Below the pieces are notes generated by a model. It did not search any database, was not told the DNA's origin, and saw nothing but the letters and a program-made list of their open reading frames with translations. Shown one piece after another: positions 60,823 through 64,000 of a stretch of DNA of 64,000 nucleotides. The DNA comes from a virus. The position numbers and the translations under genes were made by a program. The stretch covers positions 31,042 to 95,041 of the IMG/VR virus record IMGVR_UViG_3300022752_000038, one strand, 5' to 3'. Position 1 is the stretch's first letter; each line of letters starts with the position of its first letter.

Positions 60823-61344
60823 ATGCCATTCGGTAAAGGAAACGGACGTAAATCATTTAATTTATCAGAGTCTGAAATTAGATATGCTATGATGAATACC
60901 AAATCTAATCAGGCTGCTGCTCGATTCATGAATGTTTCATACGAAACTTATCGTAAATATGCAAAACAATACCGAGATTCGGCTACTGGGAGAACGTTAT
61001 TTGAACTCCATAAGAATGTTTCCGGTAAAGGTATTATCAAAACACCTAAGGTCAATACACGTGTTATATCAACATTAAACGATATATTTGACGGCCTTAA
61101 ACCAAATTATTCTATATACAGACTCAAACATAGATTAATTCATCATGGCTTTATGGAAGAGAAATGTAATCTATGCGGATTCCAAGAACGACGTGTATAT
61201 GATTATAGCGTACCTTTATTATTAGATTTTATTGATGGAAATAAATCTAATTTTAATTTAAGTAATTTACAATTATTATGTTATAATTGTACTTATTTAA
61301 CATCGCATAATATTAAAGGGCGCCCTAAAAAGTTAACATGTTGA
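60823..61344 (+). CDS. HTH plus HNH-like zinc-finger protein
   Basis: SNQAAARFMNVSYETYRKYA helix-turn-helix; CNLC...LDFIDGN..N..LSNL.LLCYNC. Confidence 0.7.
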   Translation: MPFGKGNGRKSFNLSESEIRYAMMNTKSNQAAARFMNVSYETYRKYAKQYRDSATGRTLFELHKNVSGKGIIKTPKVNTRVISTLNDIFDGLKPNYSIYRLKHRLIHHGFMEEKCNLCGFQERRVYDYSVPLLLDFIDGNKSNFNLSNLQLLCYNCTYLTSHNIKGRPKKLTC

Positions 61345-61378
61345 AAATCAATGAGTTACAACTTTTTTAACTTTTTTC

Positions 61379-61411
61379 TAGGATTTATGCAAAAACGTAC
61401 TTATACTTAAG
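61379..61411 (+). promoter_or_regulatory. Class A bipartite promoter of the ncRNA-tRNA operon
   Basis: TAGGATT at 61379, TTATACTTAAG at 61401. Confidence 0.75.
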
Positions 61412-61553
61412 TATATAGTAAGTATAAACCAAAGGTTTGGAACGTATGCCGAATCTAGGAACGGTTGGGGCTCGAATACCGTTTTGGACCGAGAGCTGAC
61501 TAATTAGGAGTCGCGACCTATTAACGACAAAATAATGGTTACTTACTGTATAT
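61411..61553 (+). ncRNA. Candidate structured ncRNA (multi-branch, ~143 nt)
   Basis: 13-bp + 5-bp closing stem (61411-61431 with 61536-61553) enclosing three hairpins; begins at the promoter and ends one base before tRNA-Leu. Confidence 0.65.
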
Positions 61554-61639
61554 GCCCAGGTGGCGAAATAGGTAGACGCAAGGGACTTAAAATCCCTCGG
61601 ACAGAAATGGCTGTGCCGGTTCGAGTCCGGCCCTGGGTA
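61554..61639 (+). tRNA. tRNA-Leu(TAA)
   Basis: GCCCAGG/CCTGGGT acceptor, AGGGA-CTTAAAA-TCCCT anticodon arm, long variable arm, GGTTCGAGTCC T arm; no encoded CCA. Confidence 0.95.
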
Positions 61640-61651
61640 CTTTTTTTATAT

Positions 61652-61726
61652 GGCGGGGTGGACTGGAGGTGGTTCCAGCTTGGTCTCATAAGCCAAATGA
61701 CGTAGGTTCGACTCCTACCCCCGCAA
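61652..61726 (+). tRNA. tRNA-Met(CAT), initiator-like but atypical
   Basis: G.GCGGGG/CCCCGC.A acceptor with 1:72 mismatch, TTGGT-CTCATAA-GCCAA, GTAGG-TTCGACT-CCTAC. Confidence 0.85.
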
Positions 61727-61733
61727 CTAATAT

Positions 61734-62214
61734 GTAGGCGTTCTTTGACATTTCAAAAAGGATAAAATTATGGAAACAATGTATTTTGTTTTAGGTATGC
61801 TCTCGATCATCGCTGCAGCGATTGTAAGCGTATTGGTTTGGGGTATAGTTAAGATTAACAAACAACAACAAAGTCTTAATGACATAAATCGTCAATTGGA
61901 AACACAATCTCGTGAACTTAACGAAAGATTCATTGAAATGCATCGTGATATGGATCAACGAAGTAGCTGGATTCATCAACGAATAGATGAATACCATGCT
62001 AAACTACACGATCGCATAGACCGAGAAAGTGCAGAGGTTAATAGACGAATAGAGGAAGATGATGCTAACGCATCTCGTGAGTATGAACGAATTTATAATG
62101 AGATAGCCGAGGCTCGTTCGTATACGGATTCACGTATAGATAAAGTATTAAGCACAACCGGTGCTAAACAAGTAATTAAAGGATAATAAACATTAACCGT
62201 CAAAGAATGCCTAC
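61734..62214 (+). repeat. 16-bp inverted repeat flanking ORF 61770-62186
   Basis: GTAGGCGTTCTTTGAC (61734-61749) and GTCAAAGAATGCCTAC (62199-62214); 15 Watson-Crick pairs plus one G.U. Confidence 0.85.
61770..62186 (+). CDS. Membrane-anchored coiled-coil protein
   Basis: N-terminal TM segment followed by a heptad-rich helix; AAAGGA upstream. Confidence 0.7.
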   Translation: METMYFVLGMLSIIAAAIVSVLVWGIVKINKQQQSLNDINRQLETQSRELNERFIEMHRDMDQRSSWIHQRIDEYHAKLHDRIDRESAEVNRRIEEDDANASREYERIYNEIAEARSYTDSRIDKVLSTTGAKQVIKG

Positions 62215-62233
62215 TTCTTTTAAAAATAAACAT

Positions 62234-62725
62234 ATGAAAACACTTTTAACAATTTTTAGTGCAGTACTGGCTTATATAGTCATCACTGCGTTCTATGTAG
62301 AAACGGAGCCGAAGAAATGTATTCCATCTGAACGAATGTTTGAATCTATTATACAATATGCTGATACATTCGATATTCCATTATGGCTAGCATTTAATGT
62401 CGCAGCTTTAGAAAGTGATTATCGTGGTCCGTTAGATTCTGCATATAAGCATAATGTAGTCTCGCGAGCAGGCGCAGTAGGACCGATGCAGATCATGCCA
62501 CAATATGCTACATGGTTTGCCGGATTTGAAGTCGGCCGACAAGAACTTAAAGATAGTATTGAGCTTAATGTATGGCTAAGTATGAAGATATTGAGATACC
62601 TGTACGATAAATATCATGACTGGACTAAAGTATTGGGCGCTTATAATACAGGTAAACCTATCAAAAACAAATACGCTGTTCGTGGAAGCGACCCAATGTG
62701 GCATCGTCGTAGATGGATAGTTTAA
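62234..62725 (+). CDS. Lytic transglycosylase (SLT domain) with N-terminal signal/anchor
   Basis: ALES, GAVGPMQIMP, AYNTG; hydrophobic N-terminus. Confidence 0.88.
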   Translation: MKTLLTIFSAVLAYIVITAFYVETEPKKCIPSERMFESIIQYADTFDIPLWLAFNVAALESDYRGPLDSAYKHNVVSRAGAVGPMQIMPQYATWFAGFEVGRQELKDSIELNVWLSMKILRYLYDKYHDWTKVLGAYNTGKPIKNKYAVRGSDPMWHRRRWIV

Positions 62726-62742
62726 TAAAATAATATAAATTT

Positions 62743-63270
62743 ATGATACTTTTATTCCGTTACTATTTTTATCCAGTGCGCCAATTCGTATATCGAATTA
62801 AAAATGTATGGCGATGGTTGCCTATTATCTGGAAAGATAAAGATTATGATCATCATTTCATCAGTGAAATTCTAATCAAGAAACTTGAGCATACTCGTGA
62901 TTTCTTTTTGTCTGATGATACACATATTGCCGAAGCCTCGCAAGTTGCTGCTCAGATTCAAGAAGCAATTGATCGTCTCCATATGACTCGAGACAGCTGG
63001 GAATTTTATGAAGACCCGGCTATGGAACAACTTGAACAAAAATGGGGCAAAACAACATTTGAACACATACCCTACCAACATACAAAAGATGGTAAAGTAC
63101 TTAGTTATGAATTAAAATCAAAAACCGAAAAAGTAATTACAGAGGAAGATGAAAAACAGTACAAGGAAGAGTTCCGTAAAACACTCAAAGATGTTAGGAA
63201 AAAATACATTAAAGACAAAATCGCAGCGTATGAGTTTATTGGACGAAACATGGACACTTGGTGGGACTAA
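62743..63270 (+). CDS. Hypothetical protein
   Basis: 175 aa; W.PIIWKD.DYD, ends TWWD. Confidence 0.6.
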   Translation: MILLFRYYFYPVRQFVYRIKNVWRWLPIIWKDKDYDHHFISEILIKKLEHTRDFFLSDDTHIAEASQVAAQIQEAIDRLHMTRDSWEFYEDPAMEQLEQKWGKTTFEHIPYQHTKDGKVLSYELKSKTEKVITEEDEKQYKEEFRKTLKDVRKKYIKDKIAAYEFIGRNMDTWWD

Positions 63271-63619
63271 GTTTTATTGGTTTCGTAAACGTATCCTAAA
63301 AAAAATAACTTCATGGTGGGAACGTGTTACAGGGTTCAATCCATATAACGTTCAACCTCATGGACTATGTCCTGTACAAGCCGATGGATTTACCAAGGAC
63401 GGTAAATGGTATTATTTTCGATCACGCGGCACGACGGCTAGTATAGTTATATGTGAATCAGAAGAAGCATATACGGAATGGCCCGATGTCGAGTTTGCTT
63501 TTGATAGACAACTAACATACGGATATAGCTTCGAAGCTGGATATTTACCGAGGGCAGACGCTATTCGGTTGGCAACTATTTGGCTTAACGAGTATTATGA
63601 AGAAACAGACCAAATCTAA
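63149..63619 (+). CDS. Hypothetical protein (start uncertain)
   Basis: GLCPVQADG...YFRSRG motif; the long overlap suggests a later start. Confidence 0.5.
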   Translation: MKNSTRKSSVKHSKMLGKNTLKTKSQRMSLLDETWTLGGTKFYWFRKRILKKITSWWERVTGFNPYNVQPHGLCPVQADGFTKDGKWYYFRSRGTTASIVICESEEAYTEWPDVEFAFDRQLTYGYSFEAGYLPRADAIRLATIWLNEYYEETDQI

Positions 63620-63824
63620 AATAAAAAAAATGAGTAATCTTGTATTAGGATTAGTACTAGCTGGGACGGCAGTACTAATATTTTTATCGTTTTATAATTT
63701 ATATTGTCAAATAAAAAAGATGGACCGTCAAGTACATGAATATACAGGTACAGCAGATGAACCCAATGACAACAAACAAGTAACAAGTGTACCCGAAAAA
63801 CAAATTGAAGATTTAGAAAAATAA
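63597..63824 (+). CDS. Small membrane protein
   Basis: One TM segment. Confidence 0.5.
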   Translation: MKKQTKSKIKKMSNLVLGLVLAGTAVLIFLSFYNLYCQIKKMDRQVHEYTGTADEPNDNKQVTSVPEKQIEDLEK

Positions 63825-63827
63825 ATT

Positions 63828-64000
63828 ATGGAAAAAACATTTACAAAAGTTACTGAAGAGAAATTAAACGCTATGACTTGCAAGCATTATGGTGCTGGTA
63901 AGGAATTACAAATTGATGATGTGATTTGTAGTGGATTCACAATTAATTATGCAAATCTTTATGGTACACCACCATCTGAATATCGTTCGGATGAAATATC
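63828..64000 (+). CDS. Hypothetical protein (3'-truncated)
   Basis: MEKTFTKVTEEKLNAMTCKHYG... open to the window end. Confidence 0.45.
   Translation, partial: MEKTFTKVTEEKLNAMTCKHYGAGKELQIDDVICSGFTINYANLYGTPPSEYRSDEI

Noticed and set aside
61411-61553. ncRNA as a hammerhead, theta/HDV-like ribozyme, tmRNA or 6S RNA
   Set aside because: No CUGANGA/GAAA core, lies 5' rather than 3' of the tRNA, has no tag ORF and is not a 6S-type rod; kept as an unknown ncRNA
61734-62214. Inverted repeat as transposon/MITE ends
   Set aside because: No transposase, no target-site duplication seen, and the single difference is a G.U wobble favouring RNA pairing
306-63081. All minus-strand ORFs in the track (e.g. 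306-809, 5380-5979, 31077-31484)
   Set aside because: Antisense shadows of longer + strand genes with recognisable motifs; no motifs or promoters of their own
1-64000. Stop-codon reassignment
   Set aside because: The standard code gives full-length conserved proteins with dense packing; no suppressor tRNA in the window

Overview
A 64-kb segment of a large, AT-rich, T4-like (myovirus-type) phage genome. All credible genes are on the + strand in the standard code, with frequent TAATG/ATGA overlaps. Promoter shape, mostly SD-less starts and a short ClpS suggest a Bacteroidota host (inference). Gene order: (1) tape-measure C-terminus and tail/baseplate genes (1-6.8 kb); (2) atypical family-A polymerase, ferritin, SSB, RecA/UvsX, 5'-3' exonuclease, helicase and class II RNR (6.8-18 kb); (3) a 7-deazaguanine pathway (queD, queE, folE, TGT/DpdA-like, plus a distant DpdL-like QueD paralog; no queC/queF in the window) interleaved with HPRT, a glycosyltransferase, PolB, clamp/clamp loader, dUTPase and GroES/GroEL (20-35 kb); (4) a ~17.5-kb glycan biosynthesis island (35-52.5 kb); (5) putative head-packaged proteins with a shared M-x-(K/R)-L-(K/R)..I..E leader, including a superoxide dismutase and an E-delimited polyprotein (53-60 kb); (6) an RNA locus with a candidate new ~143-nt multi-branch ncRNA abutting tRNA-Leu(TAA), an atypical initiator-like tRNA(CAT) and a 16-bp long-range stem enclosing a whole ORF (61.4-62.2 kb). 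Two promoter classes are visible. Class A is a bipartite motif with fixed spacing (11 copies; 7 place the start codon at the likely TSS, implying leaderless mRNAs). Class B is an ATATTTAT motif, mostly ahead of putative virion genes. Best candidates for an undescribed system: the deazaguanine + glycosyltransferase + HPRT module, the ncRNA/tRNA locus with the leaderless regulon, and the virion-cargo leader system. All protein calls come from motifs read by eye; no database searches were run.
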